Shown in pieces: positions 40,895-51,062 of a stretch of 64,000 nt of DNA. Made by a program: the position numbers and the translations under genes. Below the pieces are notes generated by a model. The model did not search any database. It saw only the letters and a list, made by a program, of their open reading frames with translations, and was not told where the DNA came from. The DNA lies in NCBI GenBank assembly GCA_947085655.1, contig CAMTXH010000005.1:6110-70109 (forward strand). The letters are read 5' to 3'. The DNA is from an uncultured Omnitrophica bacterium (lineage in GTDB: Bacteria; Omnitrophota; Gorgyraeia; JACQQV01). Within the stretch, counting starts at the first letter, position 1. Every line of letters begins with the position of its first letter.

Positions 40895-42293
40895 ACCGGA
40901 AGAGTCTTGCGGCGTTTTTGGGGTGTACGGGCATCCGGATGCGGTGCACCTGGCGTATCTGGGTCTTTATGCGCTTCAGCATCGGGGGGAGGAATCGGCC
41001 GGAATCGTCTCTTCCGACGGAAACCAGACGTATGTCCATCGGGGTCTTGGATTGGTGGGGGAAGTCTTTGATGAAGAGGCCCTTGCCCGGTTAAAGGGGC
41101 ACCTGGCCATCGGGCACACCCGGTATTCCACGACCGGGTCCACCCTCCTCAAGAATGCGCAACCGATTCTGGTCGATTATTCCCGGGGAACGATCGCCAT
41201 CGGCCATAACGGAAATCTGGTCAATGCGGATGTTCTCCGGGCGGAGTTGGAGGCGCACGGGTCCATCTTTCAGACAACGGTGGACAGCGAAATCATTCTC
41301 CATCTGATGGCCAATCCCCGCTACAGCCGGCGGGAGGAGGCGTTGGTAGACAGTCTCAAGAAATTAAAGGGGGCCTTCACCCTGGTTTTTCTGACGGAGG
41401 ATGAAATCATCGGAGCGCGAGACCCGAACGGATTCCGTCCGCTCTGGCTCGGGAAACTGGGGGATGCCCATATCCTCGCTTCGGAGGACTGTGCGCTCGA
41501 TCTGATCGGGGCAAAACGGATCCGGGAGATTGAAGCGGGGGAAGTGGTATTTATCAACAAAAACGGCGTCCGCTCCATCAAGCCGTTCGGAACGCCGACG
41601 CCGAGTTATTGCATTTTCGAACATGTTTATTTTGCCCGGCCCGACTCCACGATTTTTGACGAAAACGTCCATCAGGTCCGCCAAAAACTTGGGAGACAAC
41701 TTGCCCGCGAGCATCCCGCCGACGCGGACATCGTCATCCCGGTGCCCGATTCCGGCAATTCCGCCGCCCTCGGATTCAGTCTCGAGTCCGGAATTCCGTT
41801 CGAATTCGGCATGACCCGGAATCACTACATCGGAAGAACCTTTATCCAGCCGACCCAGAACATCCGAGATTTCAAGGTGAAAGTGAAGTTTAACCCGATC
41901 CGGGAGGTGCTGCAGGGAAAGCGGGTTGTTGTGGTGGACGATTCCATTATCCGGGGGACCACCTCCAAGGCGCGCGTCAAAAGTCTTTTTGACATGGGGG
42001 CGAAGGAGGTTCATCTCCGGGTGAGTTGTCCGCCGTCCCGGTATCCCTGTTTTTACGGCATTGATTTCCCGACCCAGAAAGAGCTGATTGCGGTGAACCA
42101 CAGTATCGAAGAGATCCGGAAATTTTTGGGGGTGACGAGTCTCGGATACCTTTCCATCGAAGGACTCCTTGCCGCCGTCAAAGGGGACAAATCCCATTAC
42201 TGCACCGCCTGTTTCAGCGGCAAATATCCGGTGGACTTCGGCGGAGAGGGGGACAAATTCAGCTTGGAGCGGAGGACCAATTGCCGGACCTGA
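40875..42293 (+). CDS. purF: Amidophosphoribosyltransferase with N-terminal propeptide
   Basis: MNSWEDKPEES-CGVFGVYG (catalytic Cys after an 11-aa propeptide); PRTase motif VVVVDDSIIRGTT; C-terminal Cys cluster. Confidence 0.9.
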   Translation: MNSWEDKPEESCGVFGVYGHPDAVHLAYLGLYALQHRGEESAGIVSSDGNQTYVHRGLGLVGEVFDEEALARLKGHLAIGHTRYSTTGSTLLKNAQPILVDYSRGTIAIGHNGNLVNADVLRAELEAHGSIFQTTVDSEIILHLMANPRYSRREEALVDSLKKLKGAFTLVFLTEDEIIGARDPNGFRPLWLGKLGDAHILASEDCALDLIGAKRIREIEAGEVVFINKNGVRSIKPFGTPTPSYCIFEHVYFARPDSTIFDENVHQVRQKLGRQLAREHPADADIVIPVPDSGNSAALGFSLESGIPFEFGMTRNHYIGRTFIQPTQNIRDFKVKVKFNPIREVLQGKRVVVVDDSIIRGTTSKARVKSLFDMGAKEVHLRVSCPPSRYPCFYGIDFPTQKELIAVNHSIEEIRKFLGVTSLGYLSIEGLLAAVKGDKSHYCTACFSGKYPVDFGGEGDKFSLERRTNCRT

Positions 42294-42300
42294 ACCGACG

Positions 42301-43269
42301 ATGAGAAAAAACGCACCCGCTTACGCAAAATCAGGAGTCAGTTTTGAGCGTGTAGATCGCTTTATTCAAAAGGCGTTTCCTTATATACGCTCGACCCGGC
42401 GTCCGGGCGTTGTGAAGAGTACAGGGCGCTTTGCGGGTGTTTTTAAACACAGGGGGGAATGCTGGGTTTCGAGCACCGACGGTGTCGGCACAAAGCTTGA
42501 GTATGCGTTTGCGGCAGACCGTCATGAAGAGGTCGGCATTGATTGCGTGGCCATGAACGTCAATGACATCGTCACAAAGGGAGCCGAGCCGCGCTTTTTC
42601 TTGAATTATATTGCGACGGGCAGGGTCAGAGAAAAATCACTCCTTCCTCTTTTGCGGGGAATCAGCCGGGGCTGCCGCGAGGCGGGATGCGCTTTAATCA
42701 GCGGAGAGACGGCGGAGATGCCCGGCTTTTTCCCGGATGGCAAATATGACGTGGCCGGTTTTGCGGTCGGGGTCACCAAAGAAAAAGAGTTTATCGGGGA
42801 TAGAAAGATTTCAAAAGGAGATCTGATCATCGGGCTTGCTTCAAGCGGTCTTCATTCGAATGGATTCTCCCTTGTGAGAAAAGTTTTCCCGGAAAACAGA
42901 ACATCCCGGGCCATGATGAAACGTCTGCTCCGTCCGACGCGCATTTATGTGAAGCCGGTCCTTGCTTTGAAAAAACGTTTTTTCCTGAAGTCCGTGATCC
43001 ACATTACCGGTGGGGGGCTTTACAACCGCCTTTTCGAGAACATCCCAAAGAGCCGTCACGCGGTCTTGTATCAGAAAAGCTGGCCCATTCCTTCTATCTT
43101 CCTTGAAATTGAAAAACGGGGAAGAATTCCCCGAAAGGAGATGCTGTCCACCTTTAATATGGGAATCGGCATGGCGGTGGTCTGCCGCGCAAAAGACATT
43201 TCCGGAATCCGGCGGGTCTTGAAACGGTTCCGGATTCCCTCGTGGGTCATTGGGGAAGTGGTGGCATGA
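42301..43269 (+). CDS. purM: Phosphoribosylformylglycinamidine cyclo-ligase (AIR synthetase)
   Basis: VSSTDGVGTKLEYA and GIDCVAMNVNDIVTKGAEP. Confidence 0.85.
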   Translation: MRKNAPAYAKSGVSFERVDRFIQKAFPYIRSTRRPGVVKSTGRFAGVFKHRGECWVSSTDGVGTKLEYAFAADRHEEVGIDCVAMNVNDIVTKGAEPRFFLNYIATGRVREKSLLPLLRGISRGCREAGCALISGETAEMPGFFPDGKYDVAGFAVGVTKEKEFIGDRKISKGDLIIGLASSGLHSNGFSLVRKVFPENRTSRAMMKRLLRPTRIYVKPVLALKKRFFLKSVIHITGGGLYNRLFENIPKSRHAVLYQKSWPIPSIFLEIEKRGRIPRKEMLSTFNMGIGMAVVCRAKDISGIRRVLKRFRIPSWVIGEVVA

Positions 43270-44558
43270 GGATCCTGGTCATCGGTTCCGGGGGAAGGGA
43301 GCATGCGCTCGTCTGGAAACTGGCCCAGAGCCGGTCGGTCAAGAAACTCTTTGCCGCTCCGGGGAATGCCGGGATCAGCGAGCAGGCCGCCTGTGTCTCG
43401 ATCGGCGCGGGGAACATCCCGGCCCTTGTCGATTTCGCAAAGAAGGAAAAGATTGACCTGACCGTGGTCGGACCGGAGGCGCCCCTCTGCGCGGGGATTG
43501 CGGATGCGTTTGCGGAAAGCGGCTTGACGATTTTCGGGCCGAGCCGGAAGGCCTCCCGGCTTGAAGGAAGTAAAATTTTTGCCAAGGAACTGATGACCCG
43601 GCATCAGGTTCCAACCGCCCCGTTTGAGGTCTTCCGCTCGCTGGCCACAGCGAGTGCCGGCCTTCTCAAATGGAAGGGCCCTTGTGTGGTCAAAGCGGAC
43701 GGCCTTTGTCAGGGAAAAGGTGTTTTGGTGGCACAGGATACGGAGGAGGCTGCTGCCGCCGTCCGGATCTTGATGGAGAAAAAGGCCTTCGGGAGCGCCG
43801 GTGAGCAAATTATAATAGAGGAACGTCTTGAAGGAGAAGAGGCCTCAATGCTTGCTTTGACGGACGGCAAGGAGATTTGTCTTCTCCCCTCCAGTCAGGA
43901 CCATAAGCGGGTTTATGAGCAGGACCGCGGACCGAACACAGGAGGAATGGGGGCCTATTCCCCAGCGCCGGTGGTGACAGCGGCTGTCGAGAAAGAGATT
44001 CGCCGCCGGATTCTGGCGCCGGCTCTTCGCGGGATGGCCCAAGAGGATTCGCCCTATCGGGGCGTTTTGTATGCAGGACTCATGCTGACCCGAAGCGGGC
44101 CGATGGTGTTGGAGTTTAACGTCCGGTTCGGGGATCCGGAGACGCAGGCGATCCTTCCCCGCTTAAAAGGGGATTTTGCCCATCTTCTTTTTGAACTGGC
44201 CCAAGGCCGGTTTCCGAAGGGAATGTTGGAGATTGACGAACGTCCGTGCGTTTCGGTCGTCCTTGCCTCAGGGGGATATCCCGGCGAGTACGAAAAAGGG
44301 AAGGTGATTGAAGGACTTGAAACGGCGGCGAGACAAAAGGATGTGGTGGTATTCCATGCAGGGACCGAAAAGAAAGACGGAACGTTCCTCACAAGCGGCG
44401 GCCGGGTGCTTGCCGTCAGTGCGTTGGGCGAGACGCTTGAAGAAGCGGTGAAACAGGCGTATGAAACTGTTTCCCAAATCCACTTTGAGGGCATGTATTA
44501 TCGAAAAGACATCGCCTATCGTGCGTTAACCAAGACTCAGGGAGTCAAGTCCACATGA
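43266..44558 (+). CDS. purD: Phosphoribosylamine-glycine ligase
   Basis: [22 protein letters not shown]; ATG overlaps the purM stop. Confidence 0.9.
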   Translation: MRILVIGSGGREHALVWKLAQSRSVKKLFAAPGNAGISEQAACVSIGAGNIPALVDFAKKEKIDLTVVGPEAPLCAGIADAFAESGLTIFGPSRKASRLEGSKIFAKELMTRHQVPTAPFEVFRSLATASAGLLKWKGPCVVKADGLCQGKGVLVAQDTEEAAAAVRILMEKKAFGSAGEQIIIEERLEGEEASMLALTDGKEICLLPSSQDHKRVYEQDRGPNTGGMGAYSPAPVVTAAVEKEIRRRILAPALRGMAQEDSPYRGVLYAGLMLTRSGPMVLEFNVRFGDPETQAILPRLKGDFAHLLFELAQGRFPKGMLEIDERPCVSVVLASGGYPGEYEKGKVIEGLETAARQKDVVVFHAGTEKKDGTFLTSGGRVLAVSALGETLEEAVKQAYETVSQIHFEGMYYRKDIAYRALTKTQGVKST

Positions 44559-45058
44559 GAAAACCTCTTGTCAGTATTGTGATGGGGAGCGATTCGGATC
44601 TCCCGACGATGAAAGAGACGAGTGATATTTTGAAAGAATTCAACATTCCGCATGAGGTGCGGATTCTCTCCGCCCACCGGAGCCCCAAGACAACCGCCCG
44701 GTACGCGGAGGAAGCCCAGAAGCGGGGCATCCGCGTGATCGTTGCGGCCGCGGGGGGAGCGGCCCATCTGGCCGGCGTGATTGCCGCCCACACGGTGTTG
44801 CCGGTCATCGGCGTCCCGATTGAAACCAAAAGTCTCAAAGGGGTCGATTCCCTTTTTTCAACGGTTCAGATGCCGCCCGGCGTCCCGGTGGGGACGATGG
44901 CGATCGGAAAAAGCGGCGCCAAAAATGCGGGCCTGTTTGCCGCAGAGCTTCTTGCGACCGATCACACCCCTCTTCGACAGAGACTCTTTGCCTATAAAAA
45001 GAAGATGGCCCGCGGGGTACGTCTCAAAGACCAAACCAAGGGATTCCGCTTTCCGTGA
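44555..45058 (+). CDS. purE: N5-carboxyaminoimidazole ribonucleotide mutase
   Basis: [14 protein letters not shown] and [24 protein letters not shown]. Confidence 0.9.
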   Translation: MRKPLVSIVMGSDSDLPTMKETSDILKEFNIPHEVRILSAHRSPKTTARYAEEAQKRGIRVIVAAAGGAAHLAGVIAAHTVLPVIGVPIETKSLKGVDSLFSTVQMPPGVPVGTMAIGKSGAKNAGLFAAELLATDHTPLRQRLFAYKKKMARGVRLKDQTKGFRFP

Positions 45059-45669
45059 AGACAGCTACAACGGTGATAACCGTCAGGAACGATAATCTTG
45101 AAGAAGCAGCGCGGCAGGCGGGAAAATTTCTCCGAGAGGGAAAACTGGTTGCGTTTCCGACGGAAACGGTTTACGGACTGGGCGTTGATCTTGAAAATTC
45201 CGAGGCGGTGAAACGTCTTTATGAAGTGAAAGGGAGGCCTTCGGAAAAATCCCTGACGCTGGCCATCGCCGGCCCGGACGATTTAAAGACCCGCGGCGTT
45301 TTGCTTTCCCCTGTGGCGAAGCGGCTGGCGGACCGTTTTTGGCCGGGACCTCTTACTTTAATTTTGCAGCTTCAAAACGGAGAGACGTTGGGTGTCCGGA
45401 TGCCGGATCATCCGGTTGCCCGGAAGGTGATTGCTTCATCCGGCGTGCCGATCGGCCTTCCGAGCGCCAATCCTTCCGGAAAAACACCTCCCCGGAGCGC
45501 CGAAGAGGTGGTTGCATATTTTGACGGAGCAATCGATTTAATTGTGGACGGCGGGAAAACCGTCTTTGGGGTCTCCTCCACCGTCGTCAGGGTGGAGGGG
45601 ACTTCCTGGTCCGTCGAAAGGGAGGGAGCGATTCCGAAACAGGAGATTGAGCGGATATGCCGCGGGTGA
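45055..45669 (+). CDS. tsaC: L-threonylcarbamoyladenylate synthase (YrdC/TsaC type)
   Basis: GTG start overlapping the purE stop; [34 protein letters not shown]. Confidence 0.8.
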   Translation: MKTATTVITVRNDNLEEAARQAGKFLREGKLVAFPTETVYGLGVDLENSEAVKRLYEVKGRPSEKSLTLAIAGPDDLKTRGVLLSPVAKRLADRFWPGPLTLILQLQNGETLGVRMPDHPVARKVIASSGVPIGLPSANPSGKTPPRSAEEVVAYFDGAIDLIVDGGKTVFGVSSTVVRVEGTSWSVEREGAIPKQEIERICRG

Positions 45670-46121
45670 AGCGAGTCCTCTTCGTCTGTACCGGCAACAG
45701 CTGCCGCAGCGTCATGGCGAAGGGACTTCTTAAAAAGATGCTTCAGGGCCGGAATGATGTGATGGTACTTTCGGCCGGGATTGCCGCCATGCCGGGCCTT
45801 CGCGCAACCCAGGAAACAATCAATGTGATGGCCAAAAACGGCATCGATGTCGCCTCGCATCTCACCCAGCGGTTGACGAACGAAATGGTGGAAGAAGCGG
45901 ATCTGGTCTTGGTGATGGAACGGTTTCACAAGCAGGAAATTTTGAGTCGCGTTCCCGGCGCGTCGAAGAAGGTGCATCTTTTGCGGGAATTTGGAGGGAC
46001 CCATTCGCCGGATGCGGCCGAGATCGATATTGTGGACCCGATTGCCAAGCCGACGGAAGTTTATGAATCCTGTTTTCAGACGATCCGGGAGGCCGTGGAA
46101 AAGGCGGTCCAAAAAATATGA
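45657..46121 (+). CDS. Low-molecular-weight protein tyrosine/arginine phosphatase
   Basis: RVLFVCTGNSCRSVMAKG CX5R P-loop; 154 aa. Confidence 0.85.
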   Translation: MPRVKRVLFVCTGNSCRSVMAKGLLKKMLQGRNDVMVLSAGIAAMPGLRATQETINVMAKNGIDVASHLTQRLTNEMVEEADLVLVMERFHKQEILSRVPGASKKVHLLREFGGTHSPDAAEIDIVDPIAKPTEVYESCFQTIREAVEKAVQKI

Positions 46122-46570
46122 GAATCGCCATCGGTTCGGACCATCGCGGGTTTTCCCTGAAGGCGAAACTGATCCGGTTTCTTAAGGGAAACGGTTTTGA
46201 GGTGGCGGATCTCGGCACCCATTCCGAAAAGCCGCCCTCCGACTACCCGGATGTCGCTTCGAAGCTGGCCCGGCGGGTGGCGGGTGGCGCTTTTGAACGG
46301 GGACTTTTGATTTGCGGAACCGGCATCGGGATGTCGATCGCCGCCAACAAAATCAAAGGCATCCGCGCGGCCCGGTGTCTGACGAAACGGGACGCTCTCC
46401 TTTCGCGGGAACACAACGATTCAAATGTCCTTGCTCTCGACGGAACCACGACCGTGCAGACGGCAAAAGAAATTGTTCAAACCTGGCTCAAGACCGAAGC
46501 CAAGGGAGGCCGGCACCGCCGGCGCGTCCTGAAGATTGAACGGCTCGAAAAACAATTCGGAAAGGGATAA
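46118..46570 (+). CDS. rpiB: Ribose-5-phosphate isomerase B
   Basis: MRIAIGSDHRGFSLKAKLIRFLKGNGFEV and LICGTGIGMSIAANK. Confidence 0.85.
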   Translation: MRIAIGSDHRGFSLKAKLIRFLKGNGFEVADLGTHSEKPPSDYPDVASKLARRVAGGAFERGLLICGTGIGMSIAANKIKGIRAARCLTKRDALLSREHNDSNVLALDGTTTVQTAKEIVQTWLKTEAKGGRHRRRVLKIERLEKQFGKG

Positions 46571-46576
46571 GTTCGT

Positions 46577-47836
46577 ATGCGCTCTCTGAAAGAAACCGAC
46601 CCGGAAATCTACCAAGCCATCCTGAATGAGACCGAAAGGGAAAACCAAAACCTTGAACTGATTGCGAGCGAGAATTTCGCAAGCGAAGCCGTTTTGGAGG
46701 CGCAGGGTTCCTGTCTCACCAATAAATATGCGGAAGGGTATCCCGCCGCCCGCTGGTACGGCGGATGCGAGCATGTGGATACGGCGGAAAATCTGGCACG
46801 GGAGCGGGCACTGAAACTTTTTAAGGCCGAACATGTCAATGTCCAGCCGCATTCAGGCACCCAGGCGAATATGGCGGTCTGTTTCGCCGTGCTCAAGCCG
46901 GGCGAGAAACTCATGGCGATGGATCTGGCGCATGGGGGGCACCTTTCGCATGGCCATCCCCTCAATTTTTCGGGTAAACTTTACCAGATCATTCCCTACG
47001 GCGTGCGGAAAGACACGGAGCAGGTTGACTTTGACCAGGTGGAAACACTTGCCAAAGAGCACAAACCGAAGATGATCCTGATCGGCGCATCCGCCTATCC
47101 GCGCATCTTCGACTTTCCCCGCTTCCGGAAAATTGCAGACAAAGTCGGCGCCTATCTTTTTGTCGACATGGCGCATTTTGCGGGGCTGGTGGCGGCCGGG
47201 ATTCACCCAACCCCCATCCCTCATGCGGAGTTTGTCACCACCACCACCCATAAGACGCTGCGCGGTCCGCGCGGCGGCATGATTTTCTGCAAACAAGAAT
47301 TCGCCAAGGCGATTGACAAGGAAGTGTTTCCGGGCGTCCAGGGAGGACCCCTCATGCATGTGATTGCCGCCAAAGCGGTAGCACTCAAGGAGGCGTTGAC
47401 GGAGGAGTTCAGGATTTACCAGAAACAGATTGTAAAAAACTGCCAGACCCTTGCTTCGGAATTCAAGCGCCTCGGCTACCGGATTGTCTCCGGCGGAACG
47501 GACACCCATCTCCTTCTCATGGATGTCACCTCCAAGGGCTTGACCGGTAAGGAGGCGCAAGTGGCGCTCGACCGGGCCCGGATCACCGTGAATAAAAATT
47601 TAATTCCTTTTGATACCAAAAGCCCCTTCCATGCCAGCGGTATCCGGATCGGGACGCCCGCCGTCACCACCCGAGGGATGAAGGAAAATGAAATGAAGCA
47701 AATCGCCTCCTCCATCGACCGGGTGCTGTCGAGTCCCCAGGATGAATCGGTAGCGGCTTCTGTGCGGGAGGCGGTGGAAGAACTGACAAAGCGGTTTCCC
47801 CTCTATGAGGAGGCGGTCCGCCAGATGCGAACATGA
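46577..47836 (+). CDS. glyA: Serine hydroxymethyltransferase
   Basis: [29 protein letters not shown] and [14 protein letters not shown] (PLP lysine). Confidence 0.95.
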   Translation: MRSLKETDPEIYQAILNETERENQNLELIASENFASEAVLEAQGSCLTNKYAEGYPAARWYGGCEHVDTAENLARERALKLFKAEHVNVQPHSGTQANMAVCFAVLKPGEKLMAMDLAHGGHLSHGHPLNFSGKLYQIIPYGVRKDTEQVDFDQVETLAKEHKPKMILIGASAYPRIFDFPRFRKIADKVGAYLFVDMAHFAGLVAAGIHPTPIPHAEFVTTTTHKTLRGPRGGMIFCKQEFAKAIDKEVFPGVQGGPLMHVIAAKAVALKEALTEEFRIYQKQIVKNCQTLASEFKRLGYRIVSGGTDTHLLLMDVTSKGLTGKEAQVALDRARITVNKNLIPFDTKSPFHASGIRIGTPAVTTRGMKENEMKQIASSIDRVLSSPQDESVAASVREAVEELTKRFPLYEEAVRQMRT

Positions 47837-48312
47837 GATGCCCTTTCTGTGGACACTCGGAAGACCGGGTGGTTGATTCGCGCGAAAGCGAAGAGGATGT
47901 CTATATCCGGCGGCGCCGGGAGTGCCTGAAGTGCGAACGGCGTTTTACGACCTATGAGCGGATTGAGAGTATTCCGCTTATGGTGGTAAAGAAGGATGGA
48001 CGGCGGGAACCGTTTGACCGGCGCAAGGTCCTTGGAGGCATCACCAAGGCATGCGAGAAGCGGTCGATTTCGATGGAACAACTCGAGGAGATTACCGACG
48101 CCATCGAACGGGCCCTTCAGAATAAATTTGAAAAAGAAGTTCAGAGCAAGGCGGTCGGGGAAGAGGTCATGAAACAGCTCCAACCGTTGGACGACGTCGC
48201 CTACGTCCGGTTCGCCTCGGTCTACCATCAATTCAAAGACCTGAATGAATTTGCGGAAGAAGTGAACGACCTGATTTTGAACCGGAAGGGGAAACCCCAG
48301 AAAAAACGCTAA
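47833..48312 (+). CDS. nrdR: Transcriptional repressor NrdR
   Basis: [45 protein letters not shown] zinc ribbon plus ATP-cone. Confidence 0.9.
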   Translation: MRCPFCGHSEDRVVDSRESEEDVYIRRRRECLKCERRFTTYERIESIPLMVVKKDGRREPFDRRKVLGGITKACEKRSISMEQLEEITDAIERALQNKFEKEVQSKAVGEEVMKQLQPLDDVAYVRFASVYHQFKDLNEFAEEVNDLILNRKGKPQKKR

Positions 48313-49781
48313 GGGGACTCGGAGGGTTCAGGTTCGGGGAGTTCGACGTTGGAGACCAGCGCGGCCTTTTCCCGCAGCGTGCGGTACCACTCTATAAAAT
48401 GGTCGGCCTGTCTTTCCGCAAGGATCCTTTCGCGAAAGGTCTCTTTTTCTTCCTGAAAGGCCTCTTCCGTAACCGGCTTCTCCTCCTCCACCCTTAGAAT
48501 CACAAAGCCATCCGGAATCGGAATCACCCCACTCACCTCTTTTAGAGGAAAATGAAAAGCCGCCTCGCTGAATGTTGGGGCGAATCCTATCGTTTCGATA
48601 AATCCTTGCCGGCCGAAAAAATCGGTCTGGTTTAAGTTCAAACCGACCGCCTGGACCGCCTCCTCCCACGGCATTGCGGAAAGTTTTTCCTGAAGGGCTG
48701 CCTTGGCCTCTTCCGCTTTCTTTCGGGCGAGTGCCATCGCCTGGTCGGTTCGGTAACGCTTTTCCACTTCTTTGTGTGCCTCTTCAAACGAAAGGGTCTG
48801 AGGGGGATGAATCTCGAGAACTTTCATAATGACAATCTTACCTCCCGTTTCAATCGGTTCGGTCGTCTCGCCGGCGTTTAACTGGAAAAGTTTCTGCATC
48901 CAATCATAGGAAAACCCCGCTACAGGCAGAGGATCTCCGAGGGAGAAAAAGTCTGTCTCCCGGGCAACAAGCCCTTCTTGCTTCGCCGCCTCTTCCAAAG
49001 TTTTTCCTTCCAGGGTTGCATCAAAGACCCGGTCCATCCGGTTTCGGATTTCTATTTTCGAGGCCTCTGAATCTGTGGCAAAGTCAGTCATGACGTATGC
49101 CGCACGCCGTCCCTCCCCACGATTGAATATCGCCGCGTGTGTATCGTAATAGGCCTTGAGAGCTTCCTCCGTGACCGGGACATCCTTCTCGAAATCCGAA
49201 CTTTTCCACGAAAGGTACGAGACGCGCCGCTGTTCATGGAGTTTTTCGTATTCTTCACGGAGGGTCTCTTCATCCATCGAGAACTCCTTGCCAATTTCCT
49301 CGCGCAGTTTGGATATGACGAGGGTCTTCCGGACATCTTCCTCGAAAGTGCGGGGATCCATCCGGAAGGCGCTCTGGAGAATGGTTTCGTAGCGCTCCCG
49401 GTCGAATTGGCCGGGGTTCTCCGGCTTCCAGAAGACCGGCATATTCCGGACATATTCCACAATCTCGTCATTTGAAACCGTGACACCCCGTTTTTTCGCT
49501 TCGTGAAGCAGAATGAGCCGGTCCCAGGTCAGGTCTATCGGATTCAGATTCTGGGCATAGACTTGAAGATTGGAAAGGGAAAGGAGGATCTGCACCGAAC
49601 GGTAGGCCTGGTCAAAGGCATCCCAGGTGACTCTTTTCCCGAAGATCTTTCCCGCTTCGGAGGCCCGCTGGCGGTTCTGGATACCAGTTCCGACCCCCCA
49701 GAGGATGAAAGTCGGGATAATCACGACTGCAATTCCCCAGAGGAAGATCTTGGTATATTTACGGAAGAGTTTGATGATCAT
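48309..49781 (-). CDS. Periplasmic chaperone, PpiD/SurA-N-like, N-terminal TM anchor
   Basis: TM IFLWGIAVVIIPTFILWGV then a SurA-N-like region (AFDQAYRSV, LILLHEAKKRGVTVSNDEI); no clear parvulin motif seen. Confidence 0.55.
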   Translation of the reverse strand: MIIKLFRKYTKIFLWGIAVVIIPTFILWGVGTGIQNRQRASEAGKIFGKRVTWDAFDQAYRSVQILLSLSNLQVYAQNLNPIDLTWDRLILLHEAKKRGVTVSNDEIVEYVRNMPVFWKPENPGQFDRERYETILQSAFRMDPRTFEEDVRKTLVISKLREEIGKEFSMDEETLREEYEKLHEQRRVSYLSWKSSDFEKDVPVTEEALKAYYDTHAAIFNRGEGRRAAYVMTDFATDSEASKIEIRNRMDRVFDATLEGKTLEEAAKQEGLVARETDFFSLGDPLPVAGFSYDWMQKLFQLNAGETTEPIETGGKIVIMKVLEIHPPQTLSFEEAHKEVEKRYRTDQAMALARKKAEEAKAALQEKLSAMPWEEAVQAVGLNLNQTDFFGRQGFIETIGFAPTFSEAAFHFPLKEVSGVIPIPDGFVILRVEEEKPVTEEAFQEEKETFRERILAERQADHFIEWYRTLREKAALVSNVELPEPEPSESP

Positions 49782-49896
49782 AGGGATAACTCGGTTACCT
49801 ATTATACGTTAGCTCGGCTTTGAATCAAGTAATTTCTCCGGCTTCCTCGATTGACTTTTAACAGGGTTTATGTTACTCTTTGAGAGGAGTAACCTT

Positions 49897-50787
49897 ATGG
49901 CAAAGACGCAATCCAAAAAATTGAAGCTTGGACTTCCGAAGGGGAGTCTTCAGGAATCGACCGTCGCGATGTTCAAAAGGGCCGGGTTCAAGATTCTGGT
50001 GAATGCCCGCTCCTATTATCCGATGATCGATGACGAGGAGATTCAGCCGATTTTGCTGCGGGCGCAGGAGATGTCCCGGTATGTCGAGGGGGGGGTCTTG
50101 GACTGCGGGCTCACCGGGAACGACTGGATTTTGGAGAACGGTTCGGATGTGGTCCGGGTGGCAGAGCTGGTCTATGCCAAGCAGGGGCTTCGGCCGGTCC
50201 GGTGGGTGTTGGCGGTTCCGGAAGATTCGCCGATCCGGAGTGCCAAGGATTTGAACGGAAAACGGGTCGCGACGGAACTGGTCCGCGTCACGGAAGATTA
50301 TTTTAAAAAGAAAAAGGTCAATGCCAAGGTGGAGTTCAGTTGGGGCGCGACCGAAGCAAAAGTCGGGACAAAAGTGGTGCATGCCATTGTCGAACTGACC
50401 GAAACCGGTGCGAGTCTCCAGGCGAATCATCTCCGCATCATCGATACCCTGTGCGAATCGACGACACAGCTCATCGCAAACAAAAAATCGTGGGAGGACC
50501 GCTGGATGCGGGAGAAGATCGAGAATATCGCCCTTCTTTTGAAAAGCGCGTTGGTGGCCGAGGAGAAAGTCGGATTGAAGATGAATGTGGCGAAGAAAGA
50601 TCTCTCAAAAGTCCTTAAGATCCTCCCCGCCATGAAAAAACCGACGATTTCAAATCTCTCCGATGCGGGATGGGTGGCGCTGGATACCATTGTGGATGAA
50701 AAGACGGTCCGCGTGCTGATTCCAAAACTGAAACAGGCAGGCGCAACCGGCATCATCGAGTATCCTTTAAATAAGGTCATTGATTAA
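49897..50787 (+). CDS. hisG: ATP phosphoribosyltransferase, long form
   Basis: Start at ATG 49897 with gagaggag RBS; [25 protein letters not shown]; C-terminal regulatory domain; 296 aa. Confidence 0.8.
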   Translation: MAKTQSKKLKLGLPKGSLQESTVAMFKRAGFKILVNARSYYPMIDDEEIQPILLRAQEMSRYVEGGVLDCGLTGNDWILENGSDVVRVAELVYAKQGLRPVRWVLAVPEDSPIRSAKDLNGKRVATELVRVTEDYFKKKKVNAKVEFSWGATEAKVGTKVVHAIVELTETGASLQANHLRIIDTLCESTTQLIANKKSWEDRWMREKIENIALLLKSALVAEEKVGLKMNVAKKDLSKVLKILPAMKKPTISNLSDAGWVALDTIVDEKTVRVLIPKLKQAGATGIIEYPLNKVID

Positions 50788-50960
50788 AGGGACGTGTTCA
50801 TAAAGTGTCCCTCGCGTGATCTTCATTCAAGGGACACTTTTGAACATGTCCCATAGAGGGACGATACAAGGGACACCCGGCCTGTCGGCCAGGACAGGCT
50901 TTCGAAAACGTCCCATGGAAGGATTAGGAAGGAAAAGAAGAAGGAGGGAGGTGACCCCAA

Positions 50961-51056
50961 GTGCCCAGTGGCAAAAAACGGAAACGGCGCAAGATGGCCA
51001 AGCATAAAAGAAAGAAAAAACTGCGCAAGAACCGCCACAAGAAAAGACAGCGCTGA
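50961..51056 (+). CDS. 31-aa highly basic protein resembling ribosomal protein bS22 (absent from the ORF track, below its 60-aa cutoff)
   Basis: GTG-start ORF MPSGKKRKRRKMAKHKRKKKLRKNRHKKRQR with aaggagggagg RBS about 10 nt upstream; pattern KKRKRRKMAKHKRKKKLRKNRH matches the bS22 family; stop TGA at 51054-51056. Confidence 0.6.
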   Translation: MPSGKKRKRRKMAKHKRKKKLRKNRHKKRQR

Positions 51057-51062
51057 TTCAGC

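Noticed and set aside
50800-50940. Repeated GGGACA/TGTCCC units considered as a CRISPR array
   Set aside because: The units are short (6-8 nt), irregularly spaced and partly inverted, with no cas genes. This is not CRISPR architecture.
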